Notes: generated by a model not told the origin, from the letters alone. Positions 10,126 through 21,021 are shown, counted from the stretch's first letter. The stretch is DNA of 45,770 nt from Betaproteobacteria bacterium SG8_39 (GCA_001303445.1 LJTQ01000012.1:22554-68323), one strand, 5' to 3'. Numbers and translations: made by a program.

Positions 10126-11019
10126 CTATACCCGGTCGATGATCTTTTCGCCAAACAATCCCTGCGGGCGCACCAGCAGGAACACCAGGGCGATGACGTA
10201 GGCGAACCAGGACTCGATGCCGCCGCCGACGTACGGACCGAGATAGACCTCCGCCACCTTCTCGGAGGCGCCGATGATCAGGCCGCCGATGATCGCGCCG
10301 GGCACGGACTCGAAGCCCCCCAGGATGAGCACCGGCAACGCCTTCAGCGCGGTGAAGGTCAGCGCGTACTGCACGCCGTTACGCACGCCCCACATCATGC
10401 CGGCGACCAGCGCGACGAACCCCGCCACTGCCCAGACGATCGCCCAGATGTGCTGCAGCGAGATGCCGACCGCGAGCGCCGCCTGGTGGTCGTCGGCCAC
10501 GGCGCGCAACGCGCGCCCGATGCGCGTCTTCTGGAAGAACACCGCAAGCGAAGCGACCAGCACGCCGGCGACAGCCGCCGCGAACAGGTCGAACTTGCTG
10601 ATGTTGATGTTCCACTTCTCCGACAGCCACTCCATCGGCACGTCCGCGATGCCGAGCTCGAGGCCGTGCGGCTGCGAGCCCCAGACCATCTGCGACAGCC
10701 CCTCGAGCACGAAGGTCAGACCGATGGTCGCCATGAACAGCGTGATTGGCGGCTGGTTGACGAGCGGCCGCAGCACGATGCGCTCGGTGAGCACGCCGAC
10801 CCCCACCATCACCACCAGCGTCACGAGCAGCGCCAGCCAGAAGTTCCATCCCATCTCGAGCAGCGAGACGAAGGTGAGCGCCGCGAGGAACACCATCGCG
10901 CCCTGGGCAAAGTTGAACACGCCCGAGGCCTTGTAGATCAGCACGAAGCCGAGCGCGACCAGGGAGTACATCACGCCCGCAAGCAGTCCGCCGGCGAGCA
11001 CCTCGATGAAGAATGTCAT
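10126..11019 (-). CDS. ABC transporter permease (LivH-like)
   Basis: YSLVALGFVLIYKASGVFNFAQG, RPQGLFG. Confidence 0.92.
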   Translation of the reverse strand: MTFFIEVLAGGLLAGVMYSLVALGFVLIYKASGVFNFAQGAMVFLAALTFVSLLEMGWNFWLALLVTLVVMVGVGVLTERIVLRPLVNQPPITLFMATIGLTFVLEGLSQMVWGSQPHGLELGIADVPMEWLSEKWNINISKFDLFAAAVAGVLVASLAVFFQKTRIGRALRAVADDHQAALAVGISLQHIWAIVWAVAGFVALVAGMMWGVRNGVQYALTFTALKALPVLILGGFESVPGAIIGGLIIGASEKVAEVYLGPYVGGGIESWFAYVIALVFLLVRPQGLFGEKIIDRV

Positions 11020-11020
11020 G

Positions 11021-11830
11021 CTAGTGCGTCACCCCTAGGTAGGCGTCGATCACGGCCTGGTTGGCGCGTACGTCGTCGGGCGTACCGTCGCCGATCTTGC
11101 GGCCATAGTCCAGCACCACGACGCGGTCCGAGATGTCCATCACCACGCCCATGTCGTGCTCGATCAGCACGATCGTGGTGCCGTAATGGTCGTTGACGTC
11201 GAGCACGAAGCGGCACATGTCCTGCTTCTCTTCCAGGTTCATGCCGGCCATGGGCTCGTCGAGCAGCAGGATCGTCGGCTCGGCAGCGAGCGCCCGCGCC
11301 AGCTCAACCCGCTTCTGCAGGCCGTAGGGCAGCCGGCCGACCGGCGTCTTGCGGATGTGCTGGATCTCGAGGAAATCGATGACCTCCTCGACCGCGTGGC
11401 GGTGCGCCAGCTCCTCGCGCCGCGCAGGACCCCACCACAGCGCCTGCTGCAGGAAATTCGAGCGCATCTTGAGGTTGCGGCCGGTGAGGATGTTGTCGAG
11501 CACGGTCATCCCCTTGAACAGCGCAATGTTCTGGAATGTGCGGGCGATCCCCATCGCCGCCGCCTCGTGCGAGACCATGTCGCTGAACGACTTGCCGCGC
11601 AGGCGGATGGTGCCCTTCTGCGGGTGGTAGACGCCGTTCAGGACGTTCAGCATCGAGCTCTTGCCAGCGCCGTTCGGCCCGATGATCGCGCGGATCTCGT
11701 GCTCCCGCACGTCGAAAGAAATGTCGCTCAAAGCCTTCACGCCGCCGAACGACAGCGAGACATTCTCGACGGCAAGCAGCACCTCGCCGATCGGGTGCGC
11801 GCGCGGATGCTGGTGAAGCGCGATGCTCAT
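11021..11830 (-). CDS. ABC transporter ATP-binding protein (LivG-like)
   Basis: GPNGAGKSS, ARTFQN, LPYGLQKRVELARAL, EHDM. Confidence 0.93.
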   Translation of the reverse strand: MSIALHQHPRAHPIGEVLLAVENVSLSFGGVKALSDISFDVREHEIRAIIGPNGAGKSSMLNVLNGVYHPQKGTIRLRGKSFSDMVSHEAAAMGIARTFQNIALFKGMTVLDNILTGRNLKMRSNFLQQALWWGPARREELAHRHAVEEVIDFLEIQHIRKTPVGRLPYGLQKRVELARALAAEPTILLLDEPMAGMNLEEKQDMCRFVLDVNDHYGTTIVLIEHDMGVVMDISDRVVVLDYGRKIGDGTPDDVRANQAVIDAYLGVTH

Positions 11831-11837
11831 GCCGCGC

Positions 11838-13741
11838 TCAGGCCGCTTTCTTCGCCGCCGCCGGCGCGAAGGTCTTCGCGCTGCGGATCTTCAGATCGGC
11901 CGAGATCGACCCGGTGCGGCCGTCCTCGTAGCGCACCTTCGCCTCGATGTGGACACTGTCCTTGCCGCTGTACAGCGCATCGACGAGTGTCGCGTACTTT
12001 TCGGCGATGAACCCGCGCCGCACCTTGCGCGTGCGCGTGAGCTCCTCGTCGTCCGCGTCGAGCGCCTTGTGCAAGGTGAGAAAGCGGTGGATCTGCGAGT
12101 TTGCAAGCTCCGGCTCCTGCGCGAGGTCTGCGTTGACCTTCTCGACGCATTCGCGCAACAGGTCGTTCACCTCGTCGCGCGTGGCGAGGTCGGTGTAGCC
12201 GGAATACGGCATGTTCTGCCGCTCGGCCCAGTTGCCGACCGCCTCCATGTCGATGTTGACGAAGGCGCAGACCTCGTCGCGCTTGTCGCCGAACGCCACC
12301 GCCTCCTGGATGTAAGGGAAGAACTTCAGCTTGTTCTCCAGGTACTTCGGCGCAAACAGGGTGCCGTCGGACAGCGCACCGACGTCCTTCACCCGGTCGA
12401 TGATCTTCAGGTGGCCGTCGGGGTCGACATAGCCCGCGTCACCGGTACGGAACCATCCTTCGGCGTCCTTCGCCTCCAGGGTGGCCTGGGGATTCTTGTA
12501 GTACTCCTTGAACAACCCGGGCGAACGAATCAGCAGCTCGCGCTGTGGCGTGAACTTGAGCTCGACGCCCGGCACCGCCGGGCCGACCGTGTCGGCTTTC
12601 ACCTGGCCGTTCGGCTGGATGCAGACGAACACGCTGGTCTCGGTCGAGCCGTAGAGCTGCTTCAGGTTGATGCCAATCGAGCGGTAGAACTTGAACAGGT
12701 CTGGCCCGATCGCCTCGCCTGCGGTATAGGCAACGCGCACCCGGCTCATGCCGAGCACGTTGCGCAGCGGGCCGTAGACGACGAAATCGCCGACGGCGTA
12801 CAGCAGCCGGTCCAGAGGACCGACCGATCGCCCATCGAGCAGCGCCCCCCCGACACGCTGGGCAAGGTTCATGAACACGCGGTACAGCCAGCGCTTGACC
12901 GCGCCCGCGTCCTCCATGCGAATCGACACCTGGGTGAGCAGGTTCTCGAGTACCCGGGGATGCAATAGCCGGCGACGAACGGCTGCGCATACGAGAAGAT
13001 GTTCTGGCCGATCCAGGCCGGCGGCAGGTAGGCCAGCACCACGTCGCGATCCGTCAGCCCTTCGAACTCGGCGGCCGCGCGCGAGCGGTCGATCAGCGCC
13101 AGGTGTGTCAGCACGACGCCCTTGGGTACCCCCGTGGTTCCCGACGTGAAGAACATCGCGGCCGCGTCATCCTGCGAGCCTTTGGCGATCTCCGTCTCGA
13201 CGAACGCAGGGTCGCGCTTGAACGATTCATGACCCAGCGCGAGCAGCTGCTCATAGCTCATCAGCTCCGACTGCTTGTAATGCCGCATGCCGCGCGAATC
13301 GTCGTAATAGATGTGCTTCAGCGTCGGGCAGTGAGGCAGGATCTCCAGCAGCTTGTCGACCTGCTCCTGGTCTTCGGCGAGCGCATGGGTGATTTCCGCG
13401 TTCTGGATCGGGAACGCCATCTCGGCCGCGGCCGAGTCCTGATAGAGCGTCACCGGCACCGCTCCAAGGCATTGCGCTGCACACAGCATGGCGTAGAGCC
13501 GAGGACGGTTGTCGCAGACCAGCGCAAGATGGTCGCCGCGCTTGAGGCCCTGCTCGGCGAGCCCGCAGGCCAGCGCGCGCACTTCGTCGGCGAGATGCTT
13601 CCAGGTCCAGGTCTGCCAGATGCCGAGGTCCTTCTCCCGGATCGCCGGCCGATCGCCGCGTGCCCTGGCGTGGTGCAGGAGCAGCTTGGGAAACGTGTCC
13701 AGCGTGTCGAGCGCACTCGACGGTCCGACGCGTGTGGCCAT
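11838..13741 (-). pseudogene. Long-chain acyl-CoA synthetase split by a frameshifting deletion near 12960
   Basis: The N-half from ATG 13741 carries REKDLGIWQ and FTSGTTGVPKGV. The C-half (11838..12965) carries YGSTE, GWFRTGDAG and ELTRTRKVRR in another frame. The junction reads AGYCI / PRVLEN. Confidence 0.85.
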
Positions 13742-13955
13742 CGGTCGGTCTCCTCCTCCAGAATCCTCCGGGGTCGGCCGGCCCTGCGCCGGCGCGACAA
13801 GTGGGGAATTCTCACATAAAACCCGGGGGCTGCGAACCTGTGGCGGATCAAGGAACTGGCGCTCATCTGGACGGCTTTGCGGTGTTTCGCGAGGGCGGAG
13901 AGAATCCGCTCCTGACCGGCGCAGCCAACCGACCGGGGCGACAGGGGGCCCGAAC

Positions 13956-14750
13956 ATGACCGATCCCAGGAGCGAAGGACGCATCACCTTCGAGCGACGC
14001 GACGCGCTCGCCCTCATCGGTATCGACCGACCGAAAAAGCTCAACGGCTTCACACCCGCGATGTATCGCGCACTGTCCGATGCGTTCGGCGCGCTCGAGC
14101 GGGAGGCCGACGCGCGAGTCGGGGTGCTCTACGCGCACGGTGCCAATTTCACGGCCGGCCTGCAGTTGGATCTCTTCGCACCCATGATGCAGCGCGGGGA
14201 GCCGATGGTTCCGCCCGACGGCGTCGATCCCCTGGGCCTGCGCGAGCCGATGCGCACCAAGCCCGTGGTCTGCGCCGTACAGGGCATCTGCTTCACGCTC
14301 GGCATCGAACTGATGCTGGCGCAGGACATCGTCGTCGCGGCCGACGACTGCCGCTTTGCGCAGATCGAGGTCAAGCGCGGCGTGATACCCACGGGCGGTG
14401 CGACGATGCGCTTCGTCGAGCGTGCGGGCTGGGGAAACGCGCAGCGCTATTTGCTCACCGGCGACGCGTTCGGCGCGAACGAGGCTTTCCGTCTCGGCTT
14501 CGTGCAGGAGGTGGCCCCCGCCGGGCAGCAGCTCGAGCGCGCGCTCCAGATCGCCCACACGATCGCCGCGCAGGCGCCGCTCGCGGTGCGCGCCTCACTC
14601 GCCTCGTCGCGACGCTATGCCGAGCGCGGCCCGCTGGGCATGAAAGACGACATGGAAGCGGTGCAGCGCAGGCTCGCGCTGACCGAGGATGCCGCCGAAG
14701 GCGTACGTTCCTTCGTCGAGCGACGCACAGCGCGCTTTTCCGGCAAATGA
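13956..14750 (+). CDS. Enoyl-CoA hydratase/crotonase family protein
   Basis: IDRPKKLNG, FTAGLQL, KPVVCAVQG, FAQIEVKRG, EGVRSFVERR. Confidence 0.9.
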   Translation: MTDPRSEGRITFERRDALALIGIDRPKKLNGFTPAMYRALSDAFGALEREADARVGVLYAHGANFTAGLQLDLFAPMMQRGEPMVPPDGVDPLGLREPMRTKPVVCAVQGICFTLGIELMLAQDIVVAADDCRFAQIEVKRGVIPTGGATMRFVERAGWGNAQRYLLTGDAFGANEAFRLGFVQEVAPAGQQLERALQIAHTIAAQAPLAVRASLASSRRYAERGPLGMKDDMEAVQRRLALTEDAAEGVRSFVERRTARFSGK

Positions 14751-15250
14751 GCGCCCACGCCGATATTCAGACCCCGTTCGCCGAGGCGCGTGCCGTCGTG
14801 CGGCCCGAGTGGATCGACTACAACGGTCACATGAACGTCGGCTATTTCAGCGTCGTTTTCGACATCGCGGCCGACGCGTTTCTCGAGTTTCTCGGCTTCA
14901 CCCAGGACTTCCGCAGGCAGTACGGCTCGACCACCTTCGCGCTCGAGCAGCACCTCAACTTCCTGCGCGAGGTGAATCAGGGCGACACGCTGCGCTTCGA
15001 GGCGCGCCTGCTCGACTACGGAGAGAAGCGTTTCCATTTCTACCAGGAGATGTTCTGCGTCGGCGACGACCGCCCTGCGGCCTCCTGCGAAGGGCTGAGT
15101 GCGCACGTCAGCACCAAGACCCGCAAGACGGCGGCGATGCCGGAGGTACTGCTCGAGCGGCTCGCGGCGATCAAGCAGGCCCACGCCGTGCTCGCGCGTC
15201 CCTGGCAGGTCGGACACGTGATTTCGGTGCGTCCGCCGGCGCGACGCTAG
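14747..15250 (+). CDS. Acyl-CoA thioesterase (4HBT/hotdog fold)
   Basis: WIDYNGHMN motif; ATGA overlap with the crotonase stop. Confidence 0.88.
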   Translation: MSAHADIQTPFAEARAVVRPEWIDYNGHMNVGYFSVVFDIAADAFLEFLGFTQDFRRQYGSTTFALEQHLNFLREVNQGDTLRFEARLLDYGEKRFHFYQEMFCVGDDRPAASCEGLSAHVSTKTRKTAAMPEVLLERLAAIKQAHAVLARPWQVGHVISVRPPARR

Positions 15251-15266
15251 GCGTTCGGCAGCACGC

Positions 15267-15887
15267 TCAGACCTGCAAGGCGTCTGACCGCGTGCGCTTG
15301 ACGCCCGCGGCGTGCATCTCCTTCCACGCCGCGTCGAGCGAACCGTTCAGGTCGATCGCACGGCAGGCATCCTCGATCACGGTTGCCTCGAACCCCGCGG
15401 CGCGTGCGTCGAGCGCCGACCACAGGACGCAGAAGTCGGTCGCCAGCCCGACGAACCACAGCCGGCGGATGCCGACTTCGCGCAGCCAGCCCGCGAGGCC
15501 GGTCGAGGTCCTGCGGTCGGCCTCCACGAACACCGAGTAGCTGTCGACGTCCGGCCGATAGCCCTTGCGCACGATCAGCTGCACCCCCGTGAGCGAAAGG
15601 TCGCGGTGAAACGCCGCGCCCTCGGTCCCTTGCACGCAGTGATCGGGCCACAACACCTGCTCACCGTAGGAAAGCCGCGTCGTCTCAAAGGGCTTTTTGC
15701 CCGCGTGCGAGGACGCGAATGACGCATGCCGGGCCGGGTGCCAATCCTGAGCCGCCACCACCCATTGAAAGCGCGCCGCAAGGCGGTTCACGATCGCAAC
15801 GATCGCGTCTCCCTGCGGTACGGCAAGCGCGCCGCCGGGCATGAAATCGTTCTGGATGTCCACCATGACCAGGCAGGCATCGCTCAT
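15267..15887 (-). CDS. pncA: Nicotinamidase/pyrazinamidase
   Basis: VDIQNDFMPGGALAV, QDWHP..H, WPDHCVQGT, DSYS, GLATDFCV. Confidence 0.93.
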   Translation of the reverse strand: MSDACLVMVDIQNDFMPGGALAVPQGDAIVAIVNRLAARFQWVVAAQDWHPARHASFASSHAGKKPFETTRLSYGEQVLWPDHCVQGTEGAAFHRDLSLTGVQLIVRKGYRPDVDSYSVFVEADRRTSTGLAGWLREVGIRRLWFVGLATDFCVLWSALDARAAGFEATVIEDACRAIDLNGSLDAAWKEMHAAGVKRTRSDALQV

Positions 15888-15990
15888 GAGCGTCTCCCTG
15901 TTTCGCCGCCGCGATCGATTCTAGCCCGCGGGCTTGCCTGCCCGCGGGCCGATTGATAGTCTGCGCCCTCCCCTGTTCTGGAGTTTCCGC

Positions 15991-16839
15991 ATGCACCGCA
16001 TCCTCATCGCCGTGCTTGCGCTGGCTTTGCCCGCGCTGGCGACCGCGCAAGACACCGCGCTCGACAAGATCCGCAGCAGCAAGACCGTCACCATGGCCTA
16101 CCGCACGAACGCCCTGCCGTTCTCGTTCAAGGACGCGAACGGGCAGCCTGCAGGCTATACCGTCGAGCTGTGCAAGCGCGTCGCGGCGAGCATGGAATCT
16201 CAGCTCAAGCTGCCGGGACTCAAGATCCGCTGGGTCGAGGCGACGAGCCAGGACCGCTTCGACCTGGTCGAGAAACGCGAGGTCGACATGGAGTGCGGCG
16301 CGACCACGGCCACGCTCAAGCGCATGGAACGAGTGGATTTCTCGAGCTACGTCTTCGTCGACAGTACGGGGCTGCTGGTGAGCGTCGCCTCCGGCATACG
16401 GACGTTCCCCGACGTCGCCGGCAAGCGGATCGCCGTGATCGCGGGCTCGACCAACGAAGAGGCCGTCAAGTCGGCGCTCAAGCGCGCGCTTCTCAAGGCG
16501 GAGGTGGTGTCGGTGAAGAGCCGTGAAGCGGCGGTCGCGGCGCTCGAGGGCGGGAAAGTCGACGCCTTCGCGAGCGACAAGATCCTGCTCGAAGGCATCG
16601 CCAACAAGATCAAGGACACCCGCAAGTACGGTCTGCTGCCCGATGACCTGTCGATCGAGCCCTACGCGATCATGCTGCCGCGCGGCGATTCGGCGCTGCG
16701 CCTCGAGGTCAATCGCGCGCTGTCGCGCGTGTTCGGCTCGCGCGCGATCCAGGACATCTTCGAGCGCACCTTCGGTCACGACATCGAGCCGGCGCCGCTG
16801 CTGCTCGCGCTCTACACGATCGGCCAGATCCCGGAGTAG
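15991..16839 (+). CDS. Amino-acid ABC substrate-binding protein (GltI-like, family 3), orphan
   Basis: Signal peptide, LPFSF, GYTVELC, VDMECGATT, VDFS, EPYAIML. Confidence 0.88.
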   Translation: MHRILIAVLALALPALATAQDTALDKIRSSKTVTMAYRTNALPFSFKDANGQPAGYTVELCKRVAASMESQLKLPGLKIRWVEATSQDRFDLVEKREVDMECGATTATLKRMERVDFSSYVFVDSTGLLVSVASGIRTFPDVAGKRIAVIAGSTNEEAVKSALKRALLKAEVVSVKSREAAVAALEGGKVDAFASDKILLEGIANKIKDTRKYGLLPDDLSIEPYAIMLPRGDSALRLEVNRALSRVFGSRAIQDIFERTFGHDIEPAPLLLALYTIGQIPE

Positions 16840-16856
16840 CGCACTCAGGCGCCGCG

Positions 16857-18848
16857 TTAACCGGCGCTGCCGCTGGCAACCATCGAGGCCGCGCGCGGGC
16901 TTTCCGCCGCGCGCGTCTCGGCGTCGCTGATCAGGGCGAACACGTCCACGGCCTGCGACTTGCCCTTGAGCTGCAGCGATCCGACCGGCTCGAGGTGGAA
17001 CCCAGGATCGAGCTGCTCGACGGTCGAGGCGGCCACCATGATCTGGCAGTACGGATCGACCAGGTGCTCGGGGATTTCCTTGCCGTAGCTCTCGAGCCGC
17101 GCGGCGGTGTTCACCACGTCGCCGATGGTCGTGTATTTCATGCGCTGCGCGCTGCCGAGGCAACCCGCCACCACCGACCCCGTGGCGATGCCCGCGCGCA
17201 CTTTGACGCGCGGCGCGTTTTCGGCGGACCAGGCCGCATTCAGCTTTTCCATCGCCGCACGCATGTCCATCGCGCAGCGCACGGCATTCATCGCGTCCCG
17301 GCGGATCTCCTCGGGCGTCTTGCGCGGCAGCGGCACGCCGAAATTCGACTTGATGGCATCACCGTAATAGTCGTCGACGACGCCACCGTGCTTGATGACC
17401 AGGCCCGCCATGGTCTCCATGTACTCGTTCAGCCAGTTCATCAGCTCCTCGGCGCTCAGGCGCTCCGCGACCGGCGTGAAACCCGCCAGGTCGGAAAACA
17501 GCACCGTCACGGTCATCGTCTGAGGCTGCAGCCGACCGCCCTTGATGAACATTTCGCGCTGCCGCCACATCTCGTCGGCAACCTCGGGTGAAACACTCTT
17601 GGAGAAGATATCCATGAGGAACTTCTTCTCCTGCCGCTCGTGGCCGGACAGGAAAGCGGTCACCAGTCCCGCCGACGCCACCCCCGCGATCGCCACCGGC
17701 GCGACCGGCAGCCACCAGTGGCCGAGAAACGCGAGCAGGGTCCCGCCCGCGAGGAGGATCAACCCGCCTGCCGTGAACAGCGTGAAGCGCACGGTGGAGC
17801 GCGCGGCCCGCCCCAACAGGGCACCGAGGACTCCCCACAGCAGAATCCACAGATTTTCGAAACGGTCGCTGAGGAACCGTATCGGCGCGTCTCCGTTCAG
17901 GGCCGCGCGAATCAGCTGGCTGACCTCGTGGCCGTGCACCGCGATCCCGGCGGTCGTCTGGCCACGACGGGTGAAACGATCGAAGGGCGTCAGGAACGCA
18001 TCCTTCACGCTCTCGGCGTTGACCCCGACGATGACGACGTTGCCCTCAATGAGTTTCGGATCGACCCGGCCTTCCAGCACGTCGCTGATCGAGTAGGTCT
18101 TGAACCGCTCCGCCCCGCCCCGGTAATCCAGCAGGTATTGATAGCCCTGGGCATCCGCGTGGACATAGGCGCCGTCATTGGCCTCAAACGGCCGCAGCGT
18201 CACCGACCCGAGGCGCATGTGTGCCGGATCGTCGCTGCCCGGCTGCGGCGTGATGCCGGCCTCGGCCAGATAGGCGAGCGCCAGGCGTAACGCAAGCGAG
18301 ACCGAGAAATTCTTGCCGTCGTCGAGAAACAGCAGGCCGCGGCGCACCACGCCGTCTTCGTCAACGGTGACGTCGGCGAAACCGATCTGCTCCGTTCCGC
18401 GCAGGACCGGGGGCCCCGCGACGCGTTTGCTGCTGTCCTTGCCGAACTTCTCGATGAAGACGACGCGCTTGTCGCTCTTCAGCAGGCGATGCAAGTCGTC
18501 GGTGCCCGGCGGTACCGGGATGTCGCGATACAGATCGACGCCCACACTGCGCGGCTCATGGGCGAGCAGTTTCTTCAACACCGCGAACATGTTGCGATCC
18601 GACAGCGGCCACTCCGCAAGCTTCTGGATGTCCGCCTCGAACGCTTGCACCAGAACCACGCGTGGTTCCAGTACGCTCTGGCGCTCCTTCACCCGCAGGT
18701 AGGCGTCGTAGCTCGCCAGCTCGACGAACTGCAGCATGCCCGCGCTGCGCAGGCCGATGACGAGCAGGCTCGCCGCGATACCCAGCGCGACGCTGATCAG
18801 CGTCGGGTTACGCAGCTTTTCGAGCCACGACGAGATCGCGGGATGCAT
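16857..18848 (-). CDS. CHASE2-domain class III adenylate/guanylate cyclase
   Basis: N-terminal TM, CHASE2 region (GVDLYRD, DEDGVVRR), three further TMs, then TVLFSDLAGFT, GDAI and YTTIGDVVNTAARLES. Confidence 0.9.
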   Translation of the reverse strand: MHPAISSWLEKLRNPTLISVALGIAASLLVIGLRSAGMLQFVELASYDAYLRVKERQSVLEPRVVLVQAFEADIQKLAEWPLSDRNMFAVLKKLLAHEPRSVGVDLYRDIPVPPGTDDLHRLLKSDKRVVFIEKFGKDSSKRVAGPPVLRGTEQIGFADVTVDEDGVVRRGLLFLDDGKNFSVSLALRLALAYLAEAGITPQPGSDDPAHMRLGSVTLRPFEANDGAYVHADAQGYQYLLDYRGGAERFKTYSISDVLEGRVDPKLIEGNVVIVGVNAESVKDAFLTPFDRFTRRGQTTAGIAVHGHEVSQLIRAALNGDAPIRFLSDRFENLWILLWGVLGALLGRAARSTVRFTLFTAGGLILLAGGTLLAFLGHWWLPVAPVAIAGVASAGLVTAFLSGHERQEKKFLMDIFSKSVSPEVADEMWRQREMFIKGGRLQPQTMTVTVLFSDLAGFTPVAERLSAEELMNWLNEYMETMAGLVIKHGGVVDDYYGDAIKSNFGVPLPRKTPEEIRRDAMNAVRCAMDMRAAMEKLNAAWSAENAPRVKVRAGIATGSVVAGCLGSAQRMKYTTIGDVVNTAARLESYGKEIPEHLVDPYCQIMVAASTVEQLDPGFHLEPVGSLQLKGKSQAVDVFALISDAETRAAESPRAASMVASGSAG

Positions 18849-18981
18849 GCAGCCATTGTGAAGCGGGAACTGCCCAGGGGCAACGGCCGGGCCATCCCAC
18901 GGGACCAGCGAATCAACCGCGGTTTGCGCGCCCCGGGCGCGGCTCACGGCCTCCGAGTTGCCGTACACTGCGCGGCGACCC

Positions 18982-20655
18982 ATGGCCTACGACCTCGTCA
19001 TCAAGAACGGCTTGCTGATCGACGGCACCGGCGCGCCAGCGCGCTCCGGCGACCTTGCCATCGCCGAGGGTCGTATCGCCGCGATCGGCACTGTCAAGGA
19101 CGGCGCCGCGCGCGTCATCGATGCCTCCGATCTCGCGGTCGCGCCCGGCTTCATCGATCCGCACACCCATTACGATGCGCAGATCTGCTGGGACAGCGCG
19201 CTGACGCCGTCTTCCTGGCACGGCGTGACCTCGGTGGTGATGGGCAACTGCGGCGTTGGCATCGCGCCCTGCCGGCCGGCGGCGCGCGAAATCGCCATGC
19301 GCGATCTGGTCAACGTGGAAGCGATCCCCTTCGAGGTGCTCGAGCAGGGCATCCGCTGGGACTGGGAGAGCTTTCCGCAGTACCTGGACGCCGCCGCGGG
19401 CTACAAGCTCGCGCTCAACGTCGCCTTCCTCGCGCCGCTGACGCCGTTTCGCCACTACGTCATGGGCGAAGCCTCGATGGCGCGTGCCGCATCGCCGGAG
19501 GAGACGGCGGCCATCGCCGCACTGCTCGGCGAGGCGATGGACGCCGGCGCCTACGGTTTTTCCAGCACGCTGCTCAACCAGCACATGGGCTTCGCCGGCC
19601 GGCCGCTCGCCTGCCGCAACGCCAGCCGCGACGAGCTGAAGGCCTACTGCAACGTGCTGAAAGCGCGCGGCAAGGGAGCGATCGAGATCGCGATGACCAA
19701 GCAGATCGGCGTCATGGACGACCCGGAGCTCGAGCTGCTCGACTTCATGCTCGAGGAAAGCGCGCGGCCGATCACCTTCATCGCCATGTTCGACCGCGAC
19801 GACATCTCCGAGGCCGTGCGCACCTCGCTCGCCAAGGCCGCGCCGATGATCGCGCGCGGCGCGCGGCCGCAGACCTCGCCGCTGCCGCTGACGCGCGAGG
19901 TCAACATGCGCAACCCGTTCTCCTTCGCCGGCTTTCCGTCGTGGAAGCGCGTGTTCGAGGACAAGTCGAAGGCGGCACAGGCCGCGGTGTACCGCGACCC
20001 GGCGTTCCGTGCGCAGTTCCGCGAGGAGCTCAAGCGCCCGGCGGGCTTCGGCAACTGGGGGCGCATCACCGTGCACGAAGTGAAGTCCTCTGCGCTCAAG
20101 CATCTCGAAGGACAGACCGTGGCCGAGATCGCCGCGGCACAGGGCAAGGACGGCGTCGACGCCTTTCTCGACCTCACGCTCGCCGACGACCTCGACAACG
20201 AGTTCACCATGGCCTCGTTCAACACACGGGTCGACCGGATGGCCGAGATCCTCAACAACCCGGCCATGCTGCTCGGCCTGGGCGACGGCGGCGCGCACCT
20301 CGACATGCTGTGCGACGCCGGCTATCCGACTTACGTGCTCGGCACCTGGGTGCGCGAGCGCAAGGTGCTCAGCCTCGAGCACGCCGTGCAGCGCATGACC
20401 GCCGACCCGGCGGATTTCTTCGGCATTCGTGATCGCGGCCGGCTCAAGGAAGGATTCGCCGCCGACCTCGCGATCTTCGATCCCGCAACGGTCGGCTCGG
20501 CGGGACGCCCGGAGCGGCGCTACGACCTGCCGGGCGGGGCGAAGCGCATGGTGATGCGCTCGCAGGGCATCGAGTACACCGTCGTCAACGGCGCGGTGAC
20601 CTGGGAGAAGGGCGCGCTGACCGGTGCCGCTGCCGGCACGGTGCTGCGCGCCTGA
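18982..20655 (+). CDS. N-acyl-D-amino-acid deacylase family amidohydrolase
   Basis: YDLVIKNG, PGFIDPHTHYD, GVTSVVMGNCG, DGGAH, ADLAIFDP. Confidence 0.9.
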   Translation: MAYDLVIKNGLLIDGTGAPARSGDLAIAEGRIAAIGTVKDGAARVIDASDLAVAPGFIDPHTHYDAQICWDSALTPSSWHGVTSVVMGNCGVGIAPCRPAAREIAMRDLVNVEAIPFEVLEQGIRWDWESFPQYLDAAAGYKLALNVAFLAPLTPFRHYVMGEASMARAASPEETAAIAALLGEAMDAGAYGFSSTLLNQHMGFAGRPLACRNASRDELKAYCNVLKARGKGAIEIAMTKQIGVMDDPELELLDFMLEESARPITFIAMFDRDDISEAVRTSLAKAAPMIARGARPQTSPLPLTREVNMRNPFSFAGFPSWKRVFEDKSKAAQAAVYRDPAFRAQFREELKRPAGFGNWGRITVHEVKSSALKHLEGQTVAEIAAAQGKDGVDAFLDLTLADDLDNEFTMASFNTRVDRMAEILNNPAMLLGLGDGGAHLDMLCDAGYPTYVLGTWVRERKVLSLEHAVQRMTADPADFFGIRDRGRLKEGFAADLAIFDPATVGSAGRPERRYDLPGGAKRMVMRSQGIEYTVVNGAVTWEKGALTGAAAGTVLRA

Positions 20656-20699
20656 GCGTGAAAGAATCCCCGCCCATTTCTTAATCTGAGGAGAACGTC

Positions 20700-20993
20700 A
20701 TGCCCAAGGCTTACATGGTTGTCACCTATCGCTCGATCAGCAATCCCGAGGCGCTCGCCGCCTACGCCAAGATTGCCGGGCCCGCCATCCAGGCCGCGGG
20801 GGGCAAATTCCTTGTGCGTGGCGTCCCCGCCAAGACCTACGAAGTGGGGATGAAAGAGCGCACCGTGGTGGTCGAGTTCGACAGCATCGCGCAAGCGATC
20901 GCGGCATACGACGGGCCCGGCTACGCAAAGGCGCTCGACGCGCTGGGCAAGGACTCGGCGGTTCGCGACATGCGCATCGTCGAGGGCGTGTAA
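20700..20993 (+). CDS. DUF1330 family protein
   Basis: KAYMVV..GGKFLVRG..RTVVVEFDS..Y..VEG pattern; GAGGAG RBS. Confidence 0.85.
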   Translation: MPKAYMVVTYRSISNPEALAAYAKIAGPAIQAAGGKFLVRGVPAKTYEVGMKERTVVVEFDSIAQAIAAYDGPGYAKALDALGKDSAVRDMRIVEGV

Positions 20994-21021
20994 TGAGCGG
21001 GCGCTAGGCCCGCAAGCGCCG

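Noticed and set aside
12955-12965. Programmed ribosomal frameshift in the acyl-CoA synthetase
   Set aside because: Conserved residues appear to be missing at the junction, and there is no slippery heptamer.
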